Assembly (NCBI GenBank): GCA_001816585.1
Contig: MHCJ01000003.1
Coordinates: 714,681 to 778,680, forward strand
DNA length: 64,000 bases
Origin: Candidatus Chisholmbacteria bacterium RIFCSPHIGHO2_01_FULL_52_32
GTDB lineage: Bacteria > Patescibacteriota > Microgenomatia > UBA1400 > Chisholmbacteraceae
Direction: 5' to 3'
Under the pieces are notes generated by a model. That model was given only the letters and a program-made list of their open reading frames with translations, searched no databases and had not been told where the DNA came from. Shown here piece by piece: positions 43,407 to 53,374 of this stretch (its first letter is position 1; the number at the start of each line of letters is the position of its first letter). The position numbers and the translations under genes were made by a program.

Positions 43407-44939
43407 TCACTTTGCAACGTCGGTGGCTCTGATTTCGCGGATCACCGTGACTTTTACTGTTCCCGGATATGTCATCTCTTTTTCAATTTTCTCCCGCAGG
43501 TCATGGGCAAGTTTTTCGACTGCTGCGTCTGATATTTGCTCCGGATTGACGATAACCCGCACTTCGCGACCCGCTTGAATGGCGTAGGCTTCCGTGACCC
43601 CCGGGAAAGAGGTCGCAAATTCTTCAAGCTTCTTTAAGCGTTTTACGTATTCTTCGTAGTCCTCGTAGCGTGCGCCCGGTCGACTTCCTGAGATGGCATC
43701 TGCAATATAGACGAGGGCGGCCTCTTTCGTTGAAATTGGCTGATCTTCGTGGTGTTGGGCGACACAATCCAACACACCTTGGGGGATTTGAAATCGAGTA
43801 AGGAATTTGACCCCGAGTTCAACATGGCTGCCTTCTTCGTCCGTGATCACCTTTCCAATATCGTGGAGGAGGCAACCCAAGCGAACCGTATCAACGTTTG
43901 CTCCTACTTCATGGGCAAGGGCTATGCCCAGTTTCGTCTCTTCTAATGTATGAACAATCATGTTTTGTCCATATGAGAAGCGGTACTTGAAACGGCCTAA
44001 CATCTGCATGATTTCCCTGGGAAGATTGAAGACGCTGACGGCATGGCAAAGTTGTTTTCCTGCCTCAAATGTTTCGCGTTCGATCTCGCTCTTGGCTTTG
44101 GCAACGAACTCTTCAATTCTTGATGGCTGAATTCGGCCGTCGACAATGAGATGCCTCAAGGAAACTTTTGCGACTTCTCTTCTTATGGGGTCAAAACTCG
44201 AAAGTCGAACTTCTCCCGGAGTTTCATCAAGATCAACATCAACTCCGGTTGCATGTTCAAAGGCTCGGATGTTGCGCCCCTCTTTCCCGATGATTCTGCC
44301 TTTCATCTCTTCATCGGGCAGTTTGACTGTCGAAACGGTATACTCTGCAACATAGTCTGTTGCGGCATGCCGCATGGCATCTACCAGAATCTCCCGTGCT
44401 TTTTCTACCGCTTCTTCTTTCGCTTTCTCTTCGGATTCTCTGATGAGTTTGGCTGATTCTTCCGCGAGCTCTTTCTGAAGTTCGTCAAGTAATTCCTGCC
44501 TGGCTTTGTCCTTTGGTAACCTTGCGATTTCTTCAAGTTTAATAAGCTTCTGTTCTTTTATGCGTTCAAGTTCCTGCAACCGGTCTTGGATCTTTGTTTT
44601 TGCCAGTTCGGCTTCCGCTTGTTGTTTTTGGATTACCGCCTGTCTTTCTTCGAGGGACGCTTCTGTTCGTGTCAGATGTTCTTGGAGCTTTGCCAATTCT
44701 TCCCGAAGAACCCTGGCTTTCTCTTCCGCTTCGTGGCGGATCCGCAATGCCTCATCTTTCGCGTCAATGATAATCTCTCTGGCCCTTGCCTCTGCCAACG
44801 AAAGTTCCCGTCTATCTTCCCGTTTCTCTCTTGGAAGCTCCGGTTTTACCTCCGGCTTTACTCTTTGCGCTTGTGGCACTTTGGGACTGAAGACCTTACT
44901 AAATGTCGTAAAAAGATCCATAGATTCCTCCACATTCAA
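43407..44939 (-). CDS. rny: ribonuclease Y
   Basis: N-terminal TM, coiled coil, KH domain and HD domain (LLHDIGK), 510 aa. Confidence 0.9.
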   Translation of the reverse strand: MNVEESMDLFTTFSKVFSPKVPQAQRVKPEVKPELPREKREDRRELSLAEARAREIIIDAKDEALRIRHEAEEKARVLREELAKLQEHLTRTEASLEERQAVIQKQQAEAELAKTKIQDRLQELERIKEQKLIKLEEIARLPKDKARQELLDELQKELAEESAKLIRESEEKAKEEAVEKAREILVDAMRHAATDYVAEYTVSTVKLPDEEMKGRIIGKEGRNIRAFEHATGVDVDLDETPGEVRLSSFDPIRREVAKVSLRHLIVDGRIQPSRIEEFVAKAKSEIERETFEAGKQLCHAVSVFNLPREIMQMLGRFKYRFSYGQNMIVHTLEETKLGIALAHEVGANVDTVRLGCLLHDIGKVITDEEGSHVELGVKFLTRFQIPQGVLDCVAQHHEDQPISTKEAALVYIADAISGSRPGARYEDYEEYVKRLKKLEEFATSFPGVTEAYAIQAGREVRVIVNPEQISDAAVEKLAHDLREKIEKEMTYPGTVKVTVIREIRATDVAK

Positions 44940-45109
44940 AATCTGTAAACATCACACGAATCGCATTGGTGGAATTTAGCCTAAGAAAGTTATCTCGGGC
45001 CTTTGGTCGGAGAAAGCAGAAGTCTTGGCTTCATTCTGATTCGGCTTTGCATCTTACCTTCAATCGTTATTATTCCACGCACATCGTTTCGTGTGAGGCT
45101 ATTTTACTC

Positions 45110-45742
45110 CTACGGGAGAAGTTCGTCAACGACGGCGCGGATTGTTTCCCAGTTAAATCCCCGCCTGCCTAAGAAATTTCCCAGTTTTAGCCTGGCCTTG
45201 GTGCGATTTTCCTGTCTTAAACTTTTTACCTTTTTCTCTGCGATGAGACGGACGTTCTCCACATCGCTTGTTTCGGAGAGTACTTCCTGGATTATCTCTT
45301 CCTCAATTCCTTTTCGCCTTAGTTCTGAGGCGATTGCCCGTTTGCTTTTCTGACGAAATTCACGTCTTTGATCCACCCACCAGACTGCGAAGTCGTGGTC
45401 ATTAAGTAGGTTTTTTTCTTTGAGCTTGGTTATCAGTTCGTTTATTATCTTTGTTCGCTCCGGGGTCTCGGACACCCTTTTCCAAAACCTCTGGAAATGG
45501 TCCCGTACTTCTTTTGCCGATCGTGGTCTAAAGGAGAGAAAATGGAGCGCCCGATTAAAGAGCTTGGCTGATTCACTTTCCTTCTTTAATTTTGTAAGCA
45601 AAGGTCCGGAAACGTCGGTTCCCACTTTGAGTCCAAGCTTCGTCACTACCACAAGATCCAGACTCGTTTCGAAGTGTCCGTCAACAAAGATATTTACATA
45701 GTTTGGATTTCTTTGGGCCTTTAGCTTCGTGATCCGCGGCAT
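45110..45742 (-). CDS. recX: recombination regulator RecX
   Basis: Three-helix repeats of the RecX family, located directly after recA. I prefer the internal start MPRITKL because it avoids overlap with recA. Confidence 0.8.
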   Translation of the reverse strand: MPRITKLKAQRNPNYVNIFVDGHFETSLDLVVVTKLGLKVGTDVSGPLLTKLKKESESAKLFNRALHFLSFRPRSAKEVRDHFQRFWKRVSETPERTKIINELITKLKEKNLLNDHDFAVWWVDQRREFRQKSKRAIASELRRKGIEEEIIQEVLSETSDVENVRLIAEKKVKSLRQENRTKARLKLGNFLGRRGFNWETIRAVVDELLP

Positions 45743-45749
45743 GCTCGAG

Positions 45750-46811
45750 TTAGGAGGGGAGTTCTTCTTTTGGCGGGCGGCCACGCTTGGGGGTTTCCGT
45801 TCGTTTTCGCTCTACAGCTTTGAAGATTTCCGCTTCTATTTCTTTGGCAAGTTTGTGATTTTCTTCAAGCATTTGTTTAGCCGCTTCACGGCCTTGCGCG
45901 AGCACCTCTCCTTTAAAGCGCAGGAAACTCCCTGATTTTTCGATCACCCCAAGCTCGAGGCCTACGTCGATCAGGCTCCCCGAATAAGAGATTCCCGCGT
46001 CATTCATGATGTCAAACTCCGAGAAGCGGAAGGGAGGCGCTACCTTGTTCTTCACCACTTTCACCCGATGTCGCGATCCAACCACCTGTTCGCCCTCCGT
46101 GATATTCCCGATCTTTCGCATGTCAATCCGTATGGAGGAGTAAAACTTCAGTGCCTGTCCTCCGGTGGTTGTCTCGGGATTTCCGAACATGATTCCGATC
46201 TTCATGCGGAGTTGATTGGTAAAAATCATCACGGTCTTTGAACGGGCGATCGCCCCGGCAAGTTTTCGCATCGCCTGACTCATGAGTCGCGCCTGGAGTC
46301 CCATCATGGCATCCCCCATTTCCCCTTCAATCTCGGCTTTTGGGACAAGGGCGGCAACGGAATCCACACAGATCACATCTACTCCGCCGGAACGGATGAG
46401 GGTTTCCGCAATTTCCAAGGCTTGTTCACCGGTATCGGGTTGTGAAACTAGAAGCTCATCGAGGTTTACCCCGATTGCTTGAGCGCGTTGCGGGTCAAGG
46501 GCGTGTTCAGCATCGATGAAGGCCGCGGTGCCGCCCATCCTTTGCGCTTGGGCAATGACATGAAGACAGAGGGTCGTCTTTCCGCTTGCCTCGGGACCAA
46601 AGATTTCAACAATTCTTCCGCGGGGCAACCCTCCAACCCCAAGGGCAAGATCCAAACCAATTGCTCCTGTCGGAATCGTTGAAAGATGGGTATCACGGGT
46701 TGGGGCAGAACCAAGTTTCATAATCGAACCTTTCCCGTATTGCTTTTCTATCTGCTCCATCGCGATTCTGACTGCTTGGAGTCTTTGTGACTGCTCGCCG
46801 TTCTTTGACAT
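45750..46811 (-). CDS. recA: recombinase RecA
   Basis: GPEASGKTT Walker A and canonical RecA L1/L2 regions, 353 aa. Confidence 0.95.
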   Translation of the reverse strand: MSKNGEQSQRLQAVRIAMEQIEKQYGKGSIMKLGSAPTRDTHLSTIPTGAIGLDLALGVGGLPRGRIVEIFGPEASGKTTLCLHVIAQAQRMGGTAAFIDAEHALDPQRAQAIGVNLDELLVSQPDTGEQALEIAETLIRSGGVDVICVDSVAALVPKAEIEGEMGDAMMGLQARLMSQAMRKLAGAIARSKTVMIFTNQLRMKIGIMFGNPETTTGGQALKFYSSIRIDMRKIGNITEGEQVVGSRHRVKVVKNKVAPPFRFSEFDIMNDAGISYSGSLIDVGLELGVIEKSGSFLRFKGEVLAQGREAAKQMLEENHKLAKEIEAEIFKAVERKRTETPKRGRPPKEELPS

Positions 46812-46821
46812 ATTAAACTTT

Positions 46822-47571
46822 TCAAATGATAGTCGGAGCTTCTTGGGGTTCTATTGTAGCAGGGGCCTTACCATTTTCAAGTAGTGATTCTTTAATTATT
46901 TCCATAATTTGTTGAGCATCATTTTGAAGAACGCTGTTCTCTTTTATTGATTGAACTGCCTTTATACCGAGCATGACATTGACCATTACTAACAGAAAGA
47001 AGAGTACTGCACCGAAGAGCCATTGCTTTTTTTGCTTTACGACCACAACTGTGCCGCTGACATGGTCGTGCCAGCCTTGTTTTTGCGGATCACGAAGGAT
47101 CCAGAGGAATCCTAATCCAAATAACATTCCGGAAACGAAATAGCCCACCACGTAGCGGAATATGGCCTGCCTAAACCTCAGCAATTTTCCATCCTCATCC
47201 GTGACTGCGAGACCGCAAACAAGCTTCCCTATGCCACCGCCGAACTTCACCGTCAGGAGTACTTTGTTGAGGAAGAATTCAAGCACCGGTACGATGAAGA
47301 TGACGCAATAGAGCAGTAAGCCCGTGGCGGGGATGAGTTCTCCCAGGTTAGGTTTTCCTCTTACCACTAACCAAATTGGGATAAGTATGATGGCGAGGCA
47401 TATGAGGAGGTCGAGCAGGTAGGCAAGGAGTCTGACCGCAAATCCCGCTTTTTCCGTCGGACCCGTACCCTTCTTTGCAAGAGCGCTTTCTTTCCCCGGT
47501 TTTTTGGTGGTATTTGATGTGGCCGGCGGTTCAGTTTCCATCTTCAGTCCCGTTTTTCTCCCTTGTCTCAA
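46822..47571 (-). CDS. RDD-family membrane protein
   Basis: RDD topology (R..YLLD ... GWHD...V) with an N-terminal basic extension. Confidence 0.6.
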   Translation of the reverse strand: MRQGRKTGLKMETEPPATSNTTKKPGKESALAKKGTGPTEKAGFAVRLLAYLLDLLICLAIILIPIWLVVRGKPNLGELIPATGLLLYCVIFIVPVLEFFLNKVLLTVKFGGGIGKLVCGLAVTDEDGKLLRFRQAIFRYVVGYFVSGMLFGLGFLWILRDPQKQGWHDHVSGTVVVVKQKKQWLFGAVLFFLLVMVNVMLGIKAVQSIKENSVLQNDAQQIMEIIKESLLENGKAPATIEPQEAPTII

Positions 47572-48529
47572 TCTCTCTTTCCACTAAAGTCCAGGTCGCG
47601 GTGTTAAACACTGTGTATATCCCCCGTAAAAGCAATGAAAAGAGGACGAGGGTGAGGATAGGAACGGCAATGATCGCTGAAACGATGAGCCCTGCGGTTT
47701 TGCTGATTGCAAATGCGACTATTACCGAAACAACGAACAGCATGATCAAAAGGACCGTCAGGCAACCGAAGCCACAACCTATCCCCATGTTGATAATCCC
47801 CATTCCAAGCAGGCTTGCAAAGTATTTCTTGGTCAATCTGAAGCCTTTTTTTAATGCCTGGTTTGCGGAAAGATTCTCCCGAATTATCAGCTGTTCTCCG
47901 AGAATGATTGAAAGGTTGAGCAAGAGTCCCGTGGCAACAAGCCCGAATACCCAAACGAGGATACTGATGGCTATGATTGTTATCTTCAGTGCTTCTGATC
48001 CAAGGTTTGCTGTTATTATCACACTCCCGATAGCAAAGATTGTTAACACGACCGCGAGTGCAACCCAAATGAGCCAAGGGCCTACGTGAAGAATGATAAA
48101 CCGCTTGACGACCGAAACACCTGACTTTGAGCCACTTTTCAGGCTGGGGGGTGTCTGATCTTCCAGGTTGTGGATGGAGGCGATGAGGGCTCCCTTACCC
48201 CAGTTGCGGATATACAGGGCCACTCCTATCGCAATGAGTACGGCGAGAAGGATTGTTCCGCCGAGGATGAGCCAGACCCAAATGGGAATGGAGCCAATCA
48301 TTTGTGAAATGGCTGTCGTGGCCTGACCCAGGACTTGGCTTGTTTGGTGAGGCACATCCTGCGGAGGGGATGTTTTCGGTAATGTAAACTTTTCTCCTTC
48401 ACTCCAACTATTGCCGCCGAAATTTGCACTGCCTCCCGAGAGGGCCGCGACGACCATCCCAAAAACCCAAAGTACCTTTGAAGTTTTGGCAATTTCCCAC
48501 GAACGACGAAGGATGCGTTTGTATTCCAA
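47531..48529 (-). CDS. polytopic membrane protein, hypothetical
   Basis: 332 aa with ~6-7 TM helices and no recognisable motif. It is sandwiched between two RDD genes. Confidence 0.4.
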   Translation of the reverse strand: MEYKRILRRSWEIAKTSKVLWVFGMVVAALSGGSANFGGNSWSEGEKFTLPKTSPPQDVPHQTSQVLGQATTAISQMIGSIPIWVWLILGGTILLAVLIAIGVALYIRNWGKGALIASIHNLEDQTPPSLKSGSKSGVSVVKRFIILHVGPWLIWVALAVVLTIFAIGSVIITANLGSEALKITIIAISILVWVFGLVATGLLLNLSIILGEQLIIRENLSANQALKKGFRLTKKYFASLLGMGIINMGIGCGFGCLTVLLIMLFVVSVIVAFAISKTAGLIVSAIIAVPILTLVLFSLLLRGIYTVFNTATWTLVEREIETREKNGTEDGN

Positions 48530-48532
48530 GTG

Positions 48533-49183
48533 TCAGCTCCCGGTTGGTAACGATTTCTTGTATACCACTACCGTTCCGGCAATTTTATCGTGCCACCCTT
48601 GCTTCTTCCCATCCCAAATTACCCAAAGATACCCGAGTCCCAACACGATTCCGGACACGAACTTGCCGATTGCTTCGCGCTTGACCGCTTTTCCGACGGT
48701 AATCTTTCCGAGGTTGGTGTCCACCACCTTCAAGCCGAGGGCCATCTTTCCCGGGGTCGCTCCCTGTATTGCAAGGAAGCCGATCCCATAGCCGAGATTG
48801 ATGATTGCCATTACGATCTGTTTTGCCGCTCCGATTGCCGAGAAGGCCAGGGCATTGGATTCCGGGCTTGAAACCGACTGGGTTACCGTTAAAGGCGCCT
48901 GGAAGACGGCAAATACCAGGTTGATCGGTACGGCGATGACCACGAGGATGAGGCCGTCGATGAGAGTGGCGAGAGAGCGCTTGGTGAAACCGGCATATGC
49001 AACCTGCGGAACCGGGGAGGCCGGCTGCTGCGGGGATGTTTGCTTACTTATGGGTGGTGTCTGAGCTGTTTGAGGCTGCGTTTCTTGCGGCAGTGCGATT
49101 GGTACTTGCGGTAAGGGCTGACTCGGTGTTGGCTGCGATTGAACAGGCGTGGTTACGGTCGGGACGCCTTGTGGCATATCCAT
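48533..49183 (-). CDS. RDD-family membrane protein with Pro/Gln-rich N-terminal region
   Basis: The C-terminus reads WVIWDGKKQGWHDKIAGTVVV (RDD end motif). The N-terminal 60 aa are PQ-rich. Confidence 0.6.
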   Translation of the reverse strand: MDMPQGVPTVTTPVQSQPTPSQPLPQVPIALPQETQPQTAQTPPISKQTSPQQPASPVPQVAYAGFTKRSLATLIDGLILVVIAVPINLVFAVFQAPLTVTQSVSSPESNALAFSAIGAAKQIVMAIINLGYGIGFLAIQGATPGKMALGLKVVDTNLGKITVGKAVKREAIGKFVSGIVLGLGYLWVIWDGKKQGWHDKIAGTVVVYKKSLPTGS

Positions 49184-49370
49184 TTTTTCCTCCTTTCTTC
49201 ATTAAATCACAGAAGGAAGTCATGGTACAATTGCAAGACGACGGGGAGTAGTATACCGGCAGTACACGCGCATGGGGTGCGCGTAGAGGGAGTTCAATTC
49301 TCCCCTCCCCGACATAGGTAGACATACGCCCGAAAAGACTGCGTGCTTAAGAAGTATAGAAGGTGTTTTT

Positions 49371-50114
49371 ATGAGCGTCAGACGATCCCGATACCTGTAC
49401 TCTCCCTCTTCAGCCTCTCCCTTTAAGATCAGCCGATCGAAGATTGATTTATACCTTACATGTCCCAAATGCTTCTATCTTGACCGGAGACTTGGGATTT
49501 CACGCCCCTCATTTCCAACGTTCAGCCTCAACTTGGCGGTGGATGTGCTGCTCAAAAAAGAGTTTGACCTGCTTCGGCAGACGAGACAGCCGCATACGCT
49601 CATGAAACAATACCGGATTAACGCCATACCTTTTGCGCATCCGGAGCTTGAGGTTTGGCGCAACAATTTTCGGGGAAAACAATACCATCATCGGGGTACG
49701 AATCTCGTTATCACCGGCTCGGTTGATGATATTTGGGTCAACCCGGAAGGTGAGCTTCTGATTGTTGATTACAAATCGACAAGCACGGAGAAGGAAATTT
49801 CTTTAGACGATGAATACAAACAGGGGTACAAAAGGCAGCTTGAGGTTTACCAATGGATTTTTCGGCAAAGCGGATTTCCGGTTTCCGATACCGGGTACTT
49901 CGTGTTTGCCAATGCCGGGAAAAACCGGCCGTCGTTTGACGGGAGATTGGAATTTGAACTTTCGATTGTTTCTCACCGCGGCAATGATACCTGGGTTGAG
50001 CCGACTGTTGAAGCCATCAAAAAGTGTTTGGATTCAGATGAGTTGCCCGCCTCGGGAAAAGAGTGCGAGTATTGCCAATACCGGGAAGCTGTGGGTGGAG
50101 AGTTGAGGGAGTAG
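49371..50114 (+). CDS. PD-(D/E)XK nuclease, Cas4/RecB-nuclease-domain-like, standalone
   Basis: D...ELLIVDYKS is the PD-(D/E)XK motif II/III. An N-terminal Cys (CPKC) plus C-terminal CEYCQY give a Cas4-like Fe-S cysteine arrangement. 247 aa. Confidence 0.55.
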   Translation: MSVRRSRYLYSPSSASPFKISRSKIDLYLTCPKCFYLDRRLGISRPSFPTFSLNLAVDVLLKKEFDLLRQTRQPHTLMKQYRINAIPFAHPELEVWRNNFRGKQYHHRGTNLVITGSVDDIWVNPEGELLIVDYKSTSTEKEISLDDEYKQGYKRQLEVYQWIFRQSGFPVSDTGYFVFANAGKNRPSFDGRLEFELSIVSHRGNDTWVEPTVEAIKKCLDSDELPASGKECEYCQYREAVGGELRE

Positions 50115-50220
50115 AGGGAAGAAAATTAGAGGATATTAAAGGATATTAGAGGAACTTGGAGGAAGTTAGAGCCCCAGTGAGATAGTACTTCGTACATCTC
50201 ACGGGGTCAGAGAGAAGATA
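50115..50220 (+). repeat. repeat element copy 5: TTAGAGG-type units plus conserved hairpin (50171-50207)
   Basis: agggaagaaaattagaggatattaaaggatattagaggaacttggaggaagttagag, then ccccagtgagatag-tacttcgta-catctcacggggtcagagagaag. The region is a convergent junction. Confidence 0.85.
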
Positions 50221-51942
50221 TCAGAACGGCGAGAGGAGTCTTAAGCTTTGTTGCGGATAGCGGAAGAAGGAAACGATATCTCTTAAGGTGAGCGTCCCGT
50301 CACTGTTGAAATCCAAGGGGAGCAGACGCTTGAACTCAACCGTTGTCGTTTCTTGGGAAAGATACGCGTACATTTGGCGAGGAAGATAGTACGGTTTCGT
50401 AAGGACGAAGCGATAGACTTTTTCCGGGATGACATCGTGGAGCTCCGAAACCGTGCCGACTCCGTTTTTTATTGAAAATGGTTCAATCTTTTTAACAAGT
50501 TTTCCCTCGTCGTAGATCAAAAGCGTGAAATCGCCGGCGCTGGTTTTGGGCTTTATCCAGAGATCGGCTTTGAGGATTATGCTGGGGGGCGGGAGAATAG
50601 TGATCTTATGCTCCCGGGTCTCTCCGAACGGTTTTCCTTTATGGAGAAGTTCGATTGTCAGAGTCAAATTGCCAGTTTCCTTGGGCGTTCTTATCCTCAC
50701 CTCTACTTCTCCTATGCGGAAGGGGTCGGTTTCCGGAATGTGCCCGACGAATATGTTTGCGGTCTTTTGGGAATTTTCTACCTTGAGTGAAAAATCATCC
50801 CTGTTCCAGATCGATTGGCCGATGTTTTTCAGCCTGATGGTAAATGTGTAATCTGAATCGACGACCAACTCTTCCGGAAGCGATGGCGGGAGAAAGATCC
50901 CCGAATGAACTTGCGGAGGTTCACCGTTCGTTTTGGGAATCGCTTTTACTTCGTCGTATTGTTGGTATTTCTCACTATCTTCCTTCATCCAGGAAAAATG
51001 ATCAAAGGGTTCCTCCGGGTATCGGAGAACAAAGGGGGTAACGGCGATAATTTGGGAGTCCAACCAGATTGATTGATAAGCCTGTTTGAACAAGGCTGCC
51101 ACGGTGTCTGCGGAATGGGCGGAGGGGTCTTTAACCTTTCCTTCCCGGTGGATCCAGCCTGTTTCCGTGATAATAACCGGTATATCGCTCTTTAGTCCGT
51201 ATCTTTTCAGCCATCCGATTTCCCATCTATACCCTTGGAGGCTGGTTTTTCCCTTCTGATTGAGCGAGCCTGAAAAGTTCGGATTGGGATAGGCATGGGA
51301 AGTCCATCCGTCAAACAAGGAAAAGACTGTTGGATCTTCCTGCCGCATCTTCAGCCAATATGCCTCCGGTGTCATGGTTTCCGGTCCGTTTGTGGCGGCG
51401 GCATCAAAGCCAGCCGGAAGAACGAAGAAATCTTCCGAGCGTTTTTTCAGAGCATCGTGAAAGAAGCGAGTGAAGCGGGCGTATTCTTCCGGATCAAGAC
51501 TTCCGCCCCACTCTTTTGCATGGTTCGGTTCATTGAACAGGATCACATAACGGTTTTTTACGACCCAATTGAGGGAGGAAAGAAAACTTACCCAACTGTC
51601 AATATCTTCTTCCCTTGGTTTTGCCCAGCCGCCGTCTTGAGCCTTGGTTGCAAGCCTCAGAAGCGGGATAAGTTTTAATTCCCGCATCCGATCGAAAATC
51701 CTCTGCCATTTTTCAACATTCCTGTCGTCTTCACGAATAACAATGGTCACATAGCCCCAGCCTCCGCCCGCACTGTTGACAAGGGCGGCGGCATCTTCCA
51801 GATCCTCCTCACTGATGATGTGAATGCCGAAGCGGTTGTTCGGAGTTGACCTTGGGTCAACGATGCCTAACACAGGCCTGACCGTCGCAGCGAAGCAGGC
51901 CGCGGTGAAGAGGGCACAGAGCAGAGATTTCATCGGACTCAT
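50221..51942 (-). CDS. secreted glycoside hydrolase, clan GH-A TIM-barrel type, with C-terminal beta-rich domains
   Basis: Signal peptide, FNEPNH (acid/base) and IITETGW (nucleophile) motifs, 573 aa. Confidence 0.5.
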   Translation of the reverse strand: MSPMKSLLCALFTAACFAATVRPVLGIVDPRSTPNNRFGIHIISEEDLEDAAALVNSAGGGWGYVTIVIREDDRNVEKWQRIFDRMRELKLIPLLRLATKAQDGGWAKPREEDIDSWVSFLSSLNWVVKNRYVILFNEPNHAKEWGGSLDPEEYARFTRFFHDALKKRSEDFFVLPAGFDAAATNGPETMTPEAYWLKMRQEDPTVFSLFDGWTSHAYPNPNFSGSLNQKGKTSLQGYRWEIGWLKRYGLKSDIPVIITETGWIHREGKVKDPSAHSADTVAALFKQAYQSIWLDSQIIAVTPFVLRYPEEPFDHFSWMKEDSEKYQQYDEVKAIPKTNGEPPQVHSGIFLPPSLPEELVVDSDYTFTIRLKNIGQSIWNRDDFSLKVENSQKTANIFVGHIPETDPFRIGEVEVRIRTPKETGNLTLTIELLHKGKPFGETREHKITILPPPSIILKADLWIKPKTSAGDFTLLIYDEGKLVKKIEPFSIKNGVGTVSELHDVIPEKVYRFVLTKPYYLPRQMYAYLSQETTTVEFKRLLPLDFNSDGTLTLRDIVSFFRYPQQSLRLLSPF

Positions 51943-51959
51943 CCGATCATTGTAACACT

Positions 51960-52070
51960 AGAAGAGAAAGGGTTGTGGGTAGAGGGTAGAGAGGGGAGGT
52001 TAGAGGATATTAGAGGAAGCTAAGGGTAAATTAAGGGTGAGTAAAGGGAGGAGAAATAGGGTAGAGGCGG
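51960..52070 (+). repeat. repeat element copy 6 (GGTAGAGG, GTTAGAGG, TAAGGGT units)
   Basis: gggtagagggtagagaggggaggttagaggatattagaggaagctaagggtaaattaagggtgagtaaagggaggagaaatagggtagagg. Confidence 0.8.
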
Positions 52071-52075
52071 TTTAT

Positions 52076-52534
52076 TCAGACAAGCGTTTGGCTGAGGCCT
52101 TCGGTCCAGGACCTTATCAGCTCGGTGTTTTTCTCCTGATTGAAGTAAAATCCATCGATCTTTAGCGATTCTCCTGACTTTGTGCCTTTGACGCTGGTTA
52201 CAAATTCCTCAAGATGATTGACGGCGCCGCAGAAATGGGTATAGGAGGAGTCTCCGAGCCCGAAAACGGCAAACTTTTTCCCCTCAAACGTTGTTCCCTG
52301 GCACTTCTTGATCAGATCAATGAAGTCAGCGTGCGGGAGTCCTTCCTGACCTTCATAATCCCAGCTTGGGGAACCAAGGATTACCAGATCGTACTGACCC
52401 AATTCCGGGGGGGAAGTTTGGGCAGCTTGTTTTACCACGACGGTATGGGTCTTCCCTGTCAGGACCTCCTGAATACTTTGGCTTGCGATCTGCGTGCCTC
52501 CGGAGTTGGTGGCGTAGACGATGAGGATATTCAT
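52076..52534 (-). CDS. flavodoxin
   Basis: ILIVYATNSGGTQ FMN-binding loop, 152 aa. Confidence 0.75.
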   Translation of the reverse strand: MNILIVYATNSGGTQIASQSIQEVLTGKTHTVVVKQAAQTSPPELGQYDLVILGSPSWDYEGQEGLPHADFIDLIKKCQGTTFEGKKFAVFGLGDSSYTHFCGAVNHLEEFVTSVKGTKSGESLKIDGFYFNQEKNTELIRSWTEGLSQTLV

Positions 52535-52576
52535 GTTTCTTCAGTATAGCGAAAACTTTTTATGGCAACCAGGGTC

Positions 52577-53374
52577 TCATTCTTCCGTCTTCTCCGGACC
52601 TTGATTTTCGAAGGCGCTTGTAAATGCCCGGATTTGCGCAAGGTCTATCTTTTCCATTGTCTCAATTCTGCCCCAGGCGGTAACGGCGATGGTTGTTTCC
52701 ATGTCCGTCCGGGGAACAATAATAAGACGTTCGTAGTCCTTCAGAAGACCCGTGAGTTCACTTTTTTCCTGACTGCATTCTTCTGTTGTAAACGCCGGAC
52801 TTAGCTCCCTTTCCTTGGGAGGCGGATTGTCCGGAGTATACCAGCTGACTTTGTCGTCCCCTGTCGGGGTCATCCGGCTCAACACCGAACTTATTGCCGA
52901 TGGTGTTGCCGGTGGTTCTTCATGGGGCACCTCGTCTTCGTGGGCAAGGATTTGCGCTACTACCGGAGCCCGACCTACCATGTTCTTTTCGCAGTTGTAG
53001 GAAATGATGACGTATCCGTGTTCAAGCGAGTGGAGAAGGTATCCATCAGAAATCTCCCAATCGTAGACACCCTGCTTGACCCAGACGGGAAAATGCGGTC
53101 CCGAAGTCGGGGGGTTGGAATTGTAGATTACATTTGAAATATCCGTCACATGCTCCCTGCCTAATTCCGCCACTTCCTCGCCCGGTAAAGGCCGTGTGGC
53201 TGACTGCCAGAGCCAGCCACCGATACCCAAAACGAGCGCCGCTGTAACCCCGATGACAAGGAGATTTTTTATCTTTCCTGACCTCTGTTGTCGGTCTTGT
53301 TTTTCTAACCGCAGCTTTCTCGCTAACGCTTTTCTTTCTTTTTTGGTGAGCTGTCTTCCCTCTGCTACTATCAT
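52577..53374 (-). CDS. DUF3105-domain membrane-anchored protein
   Basis: N-terminal TM, then PPTSGPHFPVW...HSLEHGYVIISY, which I recall as the DUF3105 signature. Confidence 0.45.
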   Translation of the reverse strand: MIVAEGRQLTKKERKALARKLRLEKQDRQQRSGKIKNLLVIGVTAALVLGIGGWLWQSATRPLPGEEVAELGREHVTDISNVIYNSNPPTSGPHFPVWVKQGVYDWEISDGYLLHSLEHGYVIISYNCEKNMVGRAPVVAQILAHEDEVPHEEPPATPSAISSVLSRMTPTGDDKVSWYTPDNPPPKERELSPAFTTEECSQEKSELTGLLKDYERLIIVPRTDMETTIAVTAWGRIETMEKIDLAQIRAFTSAFENQGPEKTEE

